Source: a virus. Taken from it: DNA of 39,691 nt. The translations under genes were made by a program, and so were the position numbers. The stretch lies in IMG/VR virus record IMGVR_UViG_3300017424_000003, positions 1 to 39,691 of that record. One strand, written 5' to 3'. This document shows, in pieces, positions 32,479 to 39,617 of the stretch; the stretch's first letter is position 1, and every line of letters begins with the position of its first letter. Below the pieces are notes generated by a model that saw only the letters and a program-made list of their open reading frames with translations, searched no databases and had not been told where the DNA came from.

Positions 32479-34074
32479 TCAGCCCCATGCACTACTAGAT
32501 GGCTGCGGGCGTCGTCTGTAGTCACCATCGGGCGGGTTGGTGGATTCAACCTTCACCTTGACGATTGCCGGGTGCGCTTCATCAATCGCGCGACCGATGT
32601 TGGCAGCCGCGTCAATCTCGTCATCCCACTTGCCAGCCGGGAACTTGCGGTATTGATCCAGCACTTCTTCGCCCATCGGTCCGATAGGGATATGTACCTC
32701 GCCCATCGCAGCCTTGGCCTGGAATGCCTGCGCTTTGGTTGCCTTGTCGCCGCCCGCTGTTGATAGCGGCTCGATACGACACAGCACACGGTTACGCCGC
32801 ATTGCAGCCCTGACGAACGGCTCTGCTGACTTCCAGTTGTTGTCGGCTTCAGGAAACCAACATAGCGGCTTCCATTTTTTGATGAGTGGCAACGCACCTG
32901 CATCGGCTAACGTCTGATCGCCCGTGTGTTCGTCGAGCTTCACACCCATCGCCACGTCGATCGTGCCTTGTACACGATAGCCGTCGAGCAACCAGATCCC
33001 TTGGTGCTCATCAATTCCCCATACCCGGAACACGTTAAAGTCGTTCTTCTCGCCGCCTCCAGGTGCATGATCGCTGGTCATGTAAATGTTGAGCGCGCGT
33101 GGACGATCGGCCAGCGAGAACCGCTTGAACCAATCAGTTTTGAAGAACGTACCTTCGTCCGCTGTTGGCTTCTGCTGATACAGGCTGGTCCACGTCCGTG
33201 TGTTGCGCTGGAACGGCGCCCAATGCTCATGACTGAACCACTCAGGCCACAGCGTTTCGCCTATAGCGCGCTCCAGGGGGTCGTCATCACGGTCTGCAAT
33301 GGCGGGCAGACAGATCACCTCCCACCAGCGTCCATCACGTCCGTAGAACGCTCCTGACTGCCCATCCCAGTCTTCAGGCAAGATACGCCCAGCAGGGTCG
33401 TCGGCATGCCACCGTGTCAGGATCATGATCTGCGGCGAACCTGGAATAAGACGCGAGCAGAAGTCATCCGTGTAGGCGTCCCAAGTCGTGTCACGGATTA
33501 CCTGAGACTCTGCCGCCTGCCGCCCCTTGATAGGATCATCGAGCACGCCAAGCGCGCCACGGTTGCCGGTGAGGCCGGACAGGATACCGCCTGCCATGTA
33601 TTCGGAGCCATTCTCCAGCGCCCATTCGTCAGCCGCCGATTGATCGGAACGCAGCGCGCATGACGGGAAAATGCGGTTAAAGCCCGGTGTCTTGATAAGC
33701 TGGCGAGCGCGTCTGCCCTGCTTCTTTGCGATGTCACTGGCATAGCTGGCAAGGATCACGTTGCGCTTGGGCTTGGTTGCCATGAACCACGGGACATAGA
33801 CGACATCCACATAGGTGGACTTGGCAGAACCTGGAGGCATCAGCACCATGAGGTTAGGAACGCTGGCCGTGCCAAGTAGCTGAAGCTTGCGCAACAGAAG
33901 CGCGTGATGGCTCGCAAGCTTGGGCTGGTGCAGGCCTGTAAAGCGTTCCTCGTCGGGATCTTCGCTAACCGGGACAGTTGGAATGTCGACCGAACAGGCA
34001 AAGTCCGCGACATAGCGGCGGGCTAGTTCGTCGCGTGCTGCCTGTACGTCAGCCTGAGTAAGTCTAAGCGCCAC
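32479..34074 (-). CDS. terL: Terminase large subunit
   Basis: Walker A MPPGSAKST, an ATPase domain followed by a nuclease domain, 531 aa. Confidence 0.9.
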   Translation of the reverse strand: MALRLTQADVQAARDELARRYVADFACSVDIPTVPVSEDPDEERFTGLHQPKLASHHALLLRKLQLLGTASVPNLMVLMPPGSAKSTYVDVVYVPWFMATKPKRNVILASYASDIAKKQGRRARQLIKTPGFNRIFPSCALRSDQSAADEWALENGSEYMAGGILSGLTGNRGALGVLDDPIKGRQAAESQVIRDTTWDAYTDDFCSRLIPGSPQIMILTRWHADDPAGRILPEDWDGQSGAFYGRDGRWWEVICLPAIADRDDDPLERAIGETLWPEWFSHEHWAPFQRNTRTWTSLYQQKPTADEGTFFKTDWFKRFSLADRPRALNIYMTSDHAPGGGEKNDFNVFRVWGIDEHQGIWLLDGYRVQGTIDVAMGVKLDEHTGDQTLADAGALPLIKKWKPLCWFPEADNNWKSAEPFVRAAMRRNRVLCRIEPLSTAGGDKATKAQAFQAKAAMGEVHIPIGPMGEEVLDQYRKFPAGKWDDEIDAAANIGRAIDEAHPAIVKVKVESTNPPDGDYRRRPQPSSSAWG

Positions 34075-34399
34075 CCTTTGCCGCCAATTCGCGCAATGTG
34101 GCTTCGGACAAGTCGTCGACAGGCAAGGACTTCACTTCGTGCTGTATTGCCTCGCCATCGGGGCCACTAAGTTCTTTGGGCAAGATAGACGCGACAATCT
34201 TGACGTAATCGCCTGGGCGCTCATCTCTCATGTCGATAATAGCCTTGACGCCGTTAGTGTTCCAATCAGCCAGAAGCGCATCTATGAATGCTTCACCAAG
34301 TCTTGCACGCGCACCTTTGGGGCGTCCGGCTGGATTGCCAGACTGCCCCGGCTTGAAACGGGTATCCCTGATTTTGCCTGTAACTTCAGGATCGTCCAT
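34064..34399 (-). CDS. terS: Terminase small subunit candidate (DUF5681-like)
   Basis: RFKPGQSGNPAGRPKGARARL motif. Trimmed to ATG 34399 (the track start 34408 is GTG). Overlaps terL by 11 nt. Confidence 0.7.
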   Translation of the reverse strand: MDDPEVTGKIRDTRFKPGQSGNPAGRPKGARARLGEAFIDALLADWNTNGVKAIIDMRDERPGDYVKIVASILPKELSGPDGEAIQHEVKSLPVDDLSEATLRELAAKGGA

Positions 34400-34460
34400 C
34401 TCTCTCACTTAACCCCAAACGCCCGAAGCATCAAGTGGGCGGTGCCTTCGTCCTTGGTCT

Positions 34461-34733
34461 TCATGCGGAGGTGGCCAATTCGCGCCCGCGCTTAATAGCC
34501 GCGAGAAGCAACTGCTCATTTAAGCTATCAGAGTTGTAGTGCGCGGCCTCGCCAATCTTGCGCGCTTCAATCAGGTCTGGATCAATTGGCTCGGGCAGTT
34601 CGTTTAGAATTTGTCCAGCCTCATAAACAACGCCGTGACCATTCACGCCAACAACATTTCGATTGCACTGGATGGCCTTGCACAGCGCTCGGATCCTAAC
34701 GACCATTTCCGGTGACACACTCTCGCTCATCAT
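34461..34733 (-). CDS. Hypothetical protein, paralogous to the C-terminal domain of 34878..35483
   Basis: Trimmed to MMSES (ATG 34733) behind an AGGAG. Shares VSPEmV.R.R......NGHG.......EP.D.DLIEAR......AAIKRGR.L with the 201-aa protein. Confidence 0.6.
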   Translation of the reverse strand: MMSESVSPEMVVRIRALCKAIQCNRNVVGVNGHGVVYEAGQILNELPEPIDPDLIEARKIGEAAHYNSDSLNEQLLLAAIKRGRELATSA

Positions 34734-34761
34734 CGTTCTCCTGAAGGTGCGCTCAGACGGC

Positions 34762-34878
34762 TCACCACGGCCGAATCCCCTCATGACAGCCACCCTTAGG
34801 CGTGCAGATGACCCGATCCTTGGCGATTGCGGGGGTTGCGGTAAAGATGATGGCGACGATTAGAATAAGCTTACGCAT
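34762..34878 (-). CDS. 38-aa pre-peptide with signal sequence and a Cys-loop mature part
   Basis: Not in the track. TAATG-coupled to the upstream gene. MRKLILIVAIIFTATPAIA is followed by KDRVICTPKGGCHEGIRPW. Confidence 0.4.
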   Translation of the reverse strand: MRKLILIVAIIFTATPAIAKDRVICTPKGGCHEGIRPW

Positions 34879-35483
34879 TAGATGCAATCCTTCTCAAACT
34901 GTTCCCGAGTCCCAATCGTAACGCCGGTCACTGAGTCGCGCTGAAGCTGGCGACCGCGTTTGATGGCGGCTTTAGCAATGCGAACTTCTGGATAGTGATC
35001 GCAGTCACCCTCTGAAATTCTCCGCAAGAATGTTTCAGACTGATCGCGGCTTTCCAACTGGCCGATAGCAACATTCCGCGCCTCCACCAAATCCACATCC
35101 ACCGGCTCCAAAGCGGCAACGATCGCGCGGGCTTCTTTGATGAATACTGAGCCGATCCCGTGACCATTACTTTCGTCGTCAGCATAGTGGCACTGCGAAA
35201 CAGCATAAGCCAGCTTCCGCATCCTCTCCACCAACTCAGGCGACACAGCCCGCTCATCTGGGGTGGGAGTGGGGGTGGTGACGGCGATGATGTTACGGAT
35301 TGTCCAATTTCCCAAGCGATGCGAGCCGTCTTCATTGAACCAGTTTACATTTCCATCTTCGAGAGCGGGCACGATTCTGCGCGTCATTTCGCCATCGGAG
35401 CAGGGTTCGTATCCCACTAAAGAAACGTCCATTACCCGCCCATCGATATGAACAGCTTCAATTTCCTTATACCAATCAATCAT
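34878..35483 (-). CDS. Two-domain hypothetical protein (N-domain, TPTPTP linker, paralogous C-domain)
   Basis: 201-aa ORF with an AGGGAG SD. Confidence 0.65.
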   Translation of the reverse strand: MIDWYKEIEAVHIDGRVMDVSLVGYEPCSDGEMTRRIVPALEDGNVNWFNEDGSHRLGNWTIRNIIAVTTPTPTPDERAVSPELVERMRKLAYAVSQCHYADDESNGHGIGSVFIKEARAIVAALEPVDVDLVEARNVAIGQLESRDQSETFLRRISEGDCDHYPEVRIAKAAIKRGRQLQRDSVTGVTIGTREQFEKDCI

Positions 35484-35573
35484 CTCAAATCTCCCTATTG
35501 CGTTCGTACACCCAACAACGGTATATGTCCAGCGTCAGCCGCGTTTCATCTCCGCGACACTGGCGCCAATGAT

Positions 35574-35619
35574 CCGGGTTGAGCGGCTTCTCCCTAAGCT
35601 CCCGCTCCCCGGATTTTTT
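35574..35619 (+). terminator. Rho-independent terminator-like hairpin, functional orientation plus
   Basis: CCGGGttGAGCGG (35574-35586) pairs with CCGCTCCCCGG (35602-35612), then A and TTTTTT (35614-35619). No U-tract on the minus strand. Confidence 0.45.
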
Positions 35620-35622
35620 GTG

Positions 35623-35811
35623 TCATTCGCAGAGAGCGTCGCGCTTGGCGTCATCCCAGTGGTTTGCAACGTTGTCGTATCCATCGCACCACGCATCGAA
35701 ATAGAACGTGCCCTTGGGTCGGTTGTTCGTATCACGACGTTTGCCAGCATTAGCAGCTTTTGCACCCGCAACAGCGGCTAAGTGTGCTCGACGATTACTA
35801 ATGTCTGCCAT
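35623..35811 (-). CDS. 62-aa basic miniprotein sharing the AWCDG(W/Y) motif with the Rmf-like proteins
   Basis: Trimmed to MADISNRR (ATG 35811) behind a GGAG. Contains FDAWCDGYDNVANHWDDAK. Confidence 0.55.
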   Translation of the reverse strand: MADISNRRAHLAAVAGAKAANAGKRRDTNNRPKGTFYFDAWCDGYDNVANHWDDAKRDALCE

Positions 35812-35812
35812 C

Positions 35813-35977
35813 TCATTTCTCCTTTCTTGGGCAACCAGCCGCACGCCACGATACAACGGCCTCGATCCAATCCTCAGCCTCTTCCATGGCGCGGATTGAG
35901 GTTTGATATTCGTCCTCAACCTCTCGATCATCCATGGCGTTAAAATCCGCCTCATAACGCTTCCATGCATTTTCCAT
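35813..35977 (-). CDS. 54-aa acidic miniprotein
   Basis: Trimmed to MENAWKRY (ATG 35977) behind a GGGAG. Confidence 0.5.
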   Translation of the reverse strand: MENAWKRYEADFNAMDDREVEDEYQTSIRAMEEAEDWIEAVVSWRAAGCPRKEK

Positions 35978-35978
35978 C

Positions 35979-36158
35979 TCAACTCTCCCTATCAAAAACA
36001 ACCGGCCACACACCCGACCCCAACCGCCGCCAGAGCAAACCGTGCATACCAGCAAGGCTAAGCCCCACCGACCGCGCAGCCTCGTCCCTGTTGGCCCCCA
36101 TGCGAGATAGCGCCAAGAGTTGTGCGTAGCGATCGTTGGCGGCGGTGGTGTGGGTCAT
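35979..36158 (-). CDS. 59-aa HTH-like miniprotein
   Basis: Trimmed to MTHTT (ATG 36158, ATGA overlap). NRDEAARSVGLSLAGMHGLLWR is HTH-like. Confidence 0.5.
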   Translation of the reverse strand: MTHTTAANDRYAQLLALSRMGANRDEAARSVGLSLAGMHGLLWRRLGSGVWPVVFDRES

Positions 36159-36379
36159 GGCATAGCGGCCACAGCAGCTTCGACAGCATCCCATGTCACG
36201 TAAGCAGGATCATCATACTTCCTGCCGTGATTGACGTGATTGTGGACCGCCTCGACCAGATCGTCATACTGCTTGCCGGTAGGATGCGCGCCCCACTCGT
36301 AAGCTGATGCTTCGTCTGCCCCGCGTCGAATGCCTCCAGCGTATACTGCCTTCAGCAGTTTCCAATCTAATTGGTCCAT
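36155..36379 (-). CDS. Hypothetical protein
   Basis: 74-aa ORF. Confidence 0.6.
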   Translation of the reverse strand: MDQLDWKLLKAVYAGGIRRGADEASAYEWGAHPTGKQYDDLVEAVHNHVNHGRKYDDPAYVTWDAVEAAVAAMP

Positions 36380-36473
36380 CTCACATCTCCATTCATGCCC
36401 ATACGGGCGGGTTGGGGGCTAACTGTGGGGCTGGATATACCGTAAAACCGCCTCACAGCCCCGTACAGCTCCT

Positions 36474-36701
36474 TTACAGACTTTCCCCATGTACGGCGCA
36501 CCTAAAGTGTCCAGCGGTGTTCACAGCAGCTTTTAATTCGGCATAGCTGATAATGCCTTCGCGGTGCTGCTTGTTCGCCGTTTCGACAGCCTCGCAATAC
36601 GCGATATCGAATCGCTCTATCGAAGCTGTCAGCGCCGCCATGCTCTCCTTCACCGCCAGCCGATGCTTGGCCGTGCGCTGCGTGGTTGTCTGGGCGGTCA
36701 T
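36474..36701 (-). CDS. Hypothetical protein
   Basis: Trimmed to MTAQTT (ATG 36701, ATGA overlap). Confidence 0.55.
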   Translation of the reverse strand: MTAQTTTQRTAKHRLAVKESMAALTASIERFDIAYCEAVETANKQHREGIISYAELKAAVNTAGHFRCAVHGESL

Positions 36702-36871
36702 GCTGCGTGGGCCTGAGCAAAAGCCCGAGCAACCCAAGCCTGCTCGGTCTCCATGTAAGCCCGACGGCAGATCGTCAGAACCTCGCCAGTGGCCGTGCTG
36801 AAAACCTCCAGGGCCTTCTGCTTGCGGCTGGTGCCATCGTAGGCGGGGACGTTAATGATTTCGTAGTCCAT
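36698..36871 (-). CDS. Hypothetical miniprotein
   Basis: Trimmed to MDYEIINV (ATG 36871) behind an AAGGAG. Confidence 0.55.
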   Translation of the reverse strand: MDYEIINVPAYDGTSRKQKALEVFSTATGEVLTICRRAYMETEQAWVARAFAQAHAA

Positions 36872-36899
36872 GGTGCATCTCCTTGCTGGCGTTGGTTGG

Positions 36900-36928
36900 T
36901 GTATGACACCGTATCGGAATGCCGTCAA
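36900..36928 (-). promoter_or_regulatory. Phage promoter copy A (TTGACGG-N13-TGTCATACACCAA)
   Basis: Minus strand reads TTGACG (36928-36923), 17 nt, CATACA (36905-36900), with TGT as an extended -10. A 20-nt block is near-identical to copy B. Confidence 0.55.
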
Positions 36929-37080
36929 CTACCTTCTGCAATTATTTTCGCGCGCCGACGACGCTGAGCCTCACGCTCCAGCTTTTGCCGACAGATACGG
37001 CAGGATCCGACAGCGCGATCGGTACGGGCCTTGGTGTTGGCCGGGGTTCGCGGATGGCCGCATGGATATAACTCAGCCAC
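36925..37080 (-). CDS. 51-aa zinc-ribbon-like miniprotein
   Basis: GTG 37080 behind GGAGAGGA. CGHPRTPANT...CRIC followed by a basic tail. 8-nt overlap with the upstream gene. Confidence 0.45.
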   Translation of the reverse strand: MAELYPCGHPRTPANTKARTDRAVGSCRICRQKLEREAQRRRRAKIIAEGS

Positions 37081-37231
37081 GGGCCATCCTCTCCAAACGC
37101 CGTGTAAGCGGGTTCTGATGGCCGCTACGAGCCTTGTCTGCCCAAAGCCTATACCAGTACGCCCAGACCGTCCCATCGGCCTTCACGGCCCTGCGCTCGT
37201 AGTGAGCTGCGACCCGTTCCGCGACGGTCAT
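37073..37231 (-). CDS. 52-aa miniprotein
   Basis: Not in the track. ATGA-coupled at 37231. Better GC3 and codon usage than the overlapping 83-aa track ORF. Confidence 0.45.
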   Translation of the reverse strand: MTVAERVAAHYERRAVKADGTVWAYWYRLWADKARSGHQNPLTRRLERMARG

Positions 37232-37389
37232 GCCTTCACCTCCACATAGTCACCGCGACGAAATGCGTTGACGACTTCGGTAGCTGCCGACTGAGCGTAA
37301 TACTCGGTCAGACCGGCGTCAGCGGCGAACTCTGCGCGGATTCGAGCGATGCGGGCTTTCTTGGCGGCGGCGTGTTGTGCGAGGGTCAT
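37228..37389 (-). CDS. 53-aa miniprotein
   Basis: Trimmed to MTLAQHAAAKK (ATG 37389) behind a GGAG. Confidence 0.5.
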   Translation of the reverse strand: MTLAQHAAAKKARIARIRAEFAADAGLTEYYAQSAATEVVNAFRRGDYVEVKA

Positions 37390-37416
37390 CTGGGTTACTC
37401 CGTTGCTGTTGATTGG

Positions 37417-37445
37417 TGTATGACAGTCCTCTGGCGCCCCGTCAA
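37417..37445 (-). promoter_or_regulatory. Phage promoter copy B (TTGACGG-N13-TGTCATACACCAA)
   Basis: Minus strand reads TTGACG (37445-37440), 17 nt, CATACA (37422-37417). Confidence 0.55.
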
Positions 37446-37454
37446 CACCTATTT

Positions 37455-37607
37455 TCACCCCCGCCACAACCGAAGATAGGCGGTGGCGTGATGCGGCTCG
37501 ATCCCATAGCGGGCGGCGAGTTTGGCAGGATCCGCCTTGTCCAGCTTGGTGGGGTCGGCCTTCATCATTTCTATGAGGAATGTTGTTAGGGGCATGGTCT
37601 GTTTCAT
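37455..37607 (-). CDS. 50-aa miniprotein
   Basis: Not in the track. ATGA-coupled to the SLOG gene. MKQTMPLTTFLIEMMKADPTKLDKADPAKLAARYGIEPHHATAYLRLWRG. Confidence 0.45.
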   Translation of the reverse strand: MKQTMPLTTFLIEMMKADPTKLDKADPAKLAARYGIEPHHATAYLRLWRG

Positions 37608-37948
37608 GGCTTGACCTCATGCACCTGAGCCGTTCCAAGCCTGAGACTGGCCTTCCTCACCATATCCCTTGTTCCATTGCCGCCTGGGAATGCGAGGCAG
37701 TGAGTTGGCTTGCCCTCGTCTAACATTTTCGTGTTGCGATCGGGGCCAGCGCGTCCAACCATCGGAAACCCTAGGTTCTTAACGCCACGATCTTCAGCCC
37801 ACTGTTGAGCGTGAAGATCCGCGCCGCCGTATGGACACCGGCCTTCGATTATTGCGGTTATGCCGTGCTTGGCGTGAATGCCGTCTAGCATTCTCCATAC
37901 TCGCGCTTTGTCAGCGTAGTGCCTGCCCCCGCATACCAGCAGCCTCAT
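37604..37948 (-). CDS. SLOG-superfamily protein (DUF2493 / YspA-like)
   Basis: MRLLVCGGR...IIEGRCPYGGADLHAQQWAEDRGV...GPDRNTKML...CLAFPGGNGTRDMV matches the DUF2493 pattern. Confidence 0.75.
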   Translation of the reverse strand: MRLLVCGGRHYADKARVWRMLDGIHAKHGITAIIEGRCPYGGADLHAQQWAEDRGVKNLGFPMVGRAGPDRNTKMLDEGKPTHCLAFPGGNGTRDMVRKASLRLGTAQVHEVKP

Positions 37949-38205
37949 ACCGCCCACACCCTCTTACCGTTCACCCGCCGCAACCGTAATCCCGCCCGTC
38001 TGTTGCGCTCCCTTACCTCCCACAGCGCCTTCAACTTAGTTAGGCGGTAGATCGGATCGGTTGCGTAAAGATCGCGCCGTCTGGTTGCTCGGCGGTCGTT
38101 GTCGAACAGGCGGTAATGGTCGTCTGCTGTCATCTCGACCACGCCTACCACGGTGACCACACCTCTTTTCAAAACATCCGACGACAATACCTGCGCTACC
38201 CCCAT
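37945..38205 (-). CDS. Arg-rich hypothetical protein
   Basis: ORF 37945..38367 trimmed to MGVAQV (ATG 38205) behind GGAGAAGGGG. The upstream part of the track ORF is the iteron region. Confidence 0.55.
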   Translation of the reverse strand: MGVAQVLSSDVLKRGVVTVVGVVEMTADDHYRLFDNDRRATRRRDLYATDPIYRLTKLKALWEVRERNRRAGLRLRRVNGKRVWAV

Positions 38206-38426
38206 ATCCCCTTCTCCAACCTTTTCTTCTATATTTATAACTTTGGGTGTGGTCATTAGTAAAAAGCCCCGGAAAACTGCCAAAAATTGGTGACCACACC
38301 CCTGTGGTTTTAGGGTGTGGTACCACACCAGTTTGGGTGTGGACACGTTAACCACGTTGCGAGTCATTCTTAAAAAAGGGTGTGGTCATCTGCCAAAAGA
38401 CCACACCTGACCGCAGGGTGTGGTCA
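38154..38426. repeat. Iteron / operator array: 9 half-sites of GGGTGTGGTCA, including a perfect 16-bp palindrome
   Basis: Sites: 38154-38163(-), 38245-38255(+), 38291-38301(-), 38313-38322(+), 38321-38329(-), 38335-38345(+, one mismatch), 38378-38388(+), 38399-38407(-), 38416-38426(+). The palindrome GGTGTGGTACCACACC is at 38314-38329. Confidence 0.85.
38234..38263 (-). promoter_or_regulatory. Weak candidate promoter with an iteron in its spacer
   Basis: Minus strand reads TTTACT (38263-38258), 18 nt, TATAAA (38239-38234). The spacer contains TGACCACACCC. Confidence 0.3.
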
Positions 38427-39617
38427 CCCTTCATAGACCCATACGCGCGTCGTTTTGCGGCTCCCGTCGTCCTGCCGCATCTTGGGGGTTTTCTGCACCC
38501 AGCCAAGCCCAGACATGACCGTAGCAATGCGCGTTTTCGTAAAGCCATCCTGCCGATCGAGCGGGATCTTGATGATGTTCGTCAGGATCTGGACAGACGT
38601 GTAGCTCATACCGCGCACGATCGTTTCGCCTACGTGGTCCTGCCACGGATCGATTGAAACGCGCTCGACCTGCTCAGCCCCAGCAAGCACACTGTCGTGC
38701 TCGTTCAGCCACCAACGCTCCTTATCCCGGTAACGCTCGACCGCTTCAGCCCACAACTGGTCGCGCTTTCGGGTCAGCTTCTCCATGTCAATCCGCGTGC
38801 ATGTGACGGGCCAGTAACGCCGGTTGCCGGTCGGGTCACTGAGATAGCCGGTATCTGACTTAGGGTTGACGGACGCGGCTAGGACGCACTGGCGAGGAGT
38901 CTCGACGGTATGCCGTCCGTAGGATGGGCGCACCTTGTCCGTCTGCATCGTGATGATGGCCTTGACCAGATCCACGTCCGCGCGCCGGATCGATGACAGC
39001 TCGGCAAACTCTACAACCCACTTGCCCTGGATCTGCTCGACGAACCGCTTATGGTCTCGCAATTCGTTGACCATCTCGGTAAAGTTATCCGCGCCGAACA
39101 GCACGCGAAGGGCGGTGGACTTACCAAGGTTCTGCGGACCCTCAAGGACAAGCATGTTATCCATCTTGCACCCGGGTTCGTAGATGCGAGCGACAGCACC
39201 GATCATCCATTTAGGACCAATCATCTGCTCGTATTCCGTGTCGGGCGTGCCGAACAGAATAGGCAGAAAGCGGTCCAGTCGGGTTACGCCATCCCACTTC
39301 AAGCTATTGAGATAATCGCGAACCGGGTGATAGCCGTTGTCAATACCGAGACGCGCGACGGCTGTCGGAATGTCGTTCTTGTTAGGCTGAAACCCGGCTT
39401 GTTCGATGATGATCTGAATATCGACGTAATCAGTGTCGCATATTGGGATGCCTCGCCATTCAGTGTTGCCAGTCATTTCGTTGAGGCGGATTGCAGTGCC
39501 CAGACTAGGCAGGTTCCGCAGATAGGTCATAAGATTGTAAAGGGTTTTCTTTTCCCCCTTCGACCCGACCTGAAGCCGCCCTCTCCAGGCGTTGAGCGGC
39601 ACGACATCAGCTTGCAT
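38424..39617 (-). CDS. VirE-family P-loop NTPase (primase-associated replicative helicase-like)
   Basis: YLNSLKWDGVTRLD, KWMIGAVARIYEPGCKMDNMLVLEGPQNLGKST (Walker A), WVVEFAEL, and DPTGNRRYWPV. The ATG at 39617 lies inside the terminal repeat (equivalent to position 49). Confidence 0.9.
   Translation of the reverse strand: MQADVVPLNAWRGRLQVGSKGEKKTLYNLMTYLRNLPSLGTAIRLNEMTGNTEWRGIPICDTDYVDIQIIIEQAGFQPNKNDIPTAVARLGIDNGYHPVRDYLNSLKWDGVTRLDRFLPILFGTPDTEYEQMIGPKWMIGAVARIYEPGCKMDNMLVLEGPQNLGKSTALRVLFGADNFTEMVNELRDHKRFVEQIQGKWVVEFAELSSIRRADVDLVKAIITMQTDKVRPSYGRHTVETPRQCVLAASVNPKSDTGYLSDPTGNRRYWPVTCTRIDMEKLTRKRDQLWAEAVERYRDKERWWLNEHDSVLAGAEQVERVSIDPWQDHVGETIVRGMSYTSVQILTNIIKIPLDRQDGFTKTRIATVMSGLGWVQKTPKMRQDDGSRKTTRVWVYEG

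Noticed and set aside
34400-34460. Promoter upstream of terS (TTGATG-17-TAAGTG) and a short CGCCC/GGGCG hairpin
   Set aside because: The -10 matches the consensus at only 2 of 6 positions, and the hairpin is 5 bp with a poor U-tract. Too weak to call.
35505-35520. Plus-strand CGTACACCCAACAACG, resembling the conserved CATACACCAAYCAAC block of promoters A and B
   Set aside because: There is no TTGACG-like -35 box 17 nt upstream on that strand. Likely coincidental.
36147-36157. Extra iteron-like matches GGTGTGGGTCA (36147-36157) and GGGTGTGGA (7912-7920)
   Set aside because: These are single imperfect copies inside coding sequence. That is consistent with chance in GC-rich DNA, so they were not counted as part of the array.
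36380-36473. 11-bp bulged hairpin (CTGTacGGGGCTG...CAGCCCCACAG on the minus strand) in a 94-bp gap
   Set aside because: There is no U-tract on either strand and no convincing promoter. It may be an mRNA-stability or processing element, but I cannot support a function.
38154-38426. CRISPR-like array
   Set aside because: The repeats are only 9-11 bp, in both orientations and irregularly spaced. There is no spacer-repeat periodicity and no cas genes.
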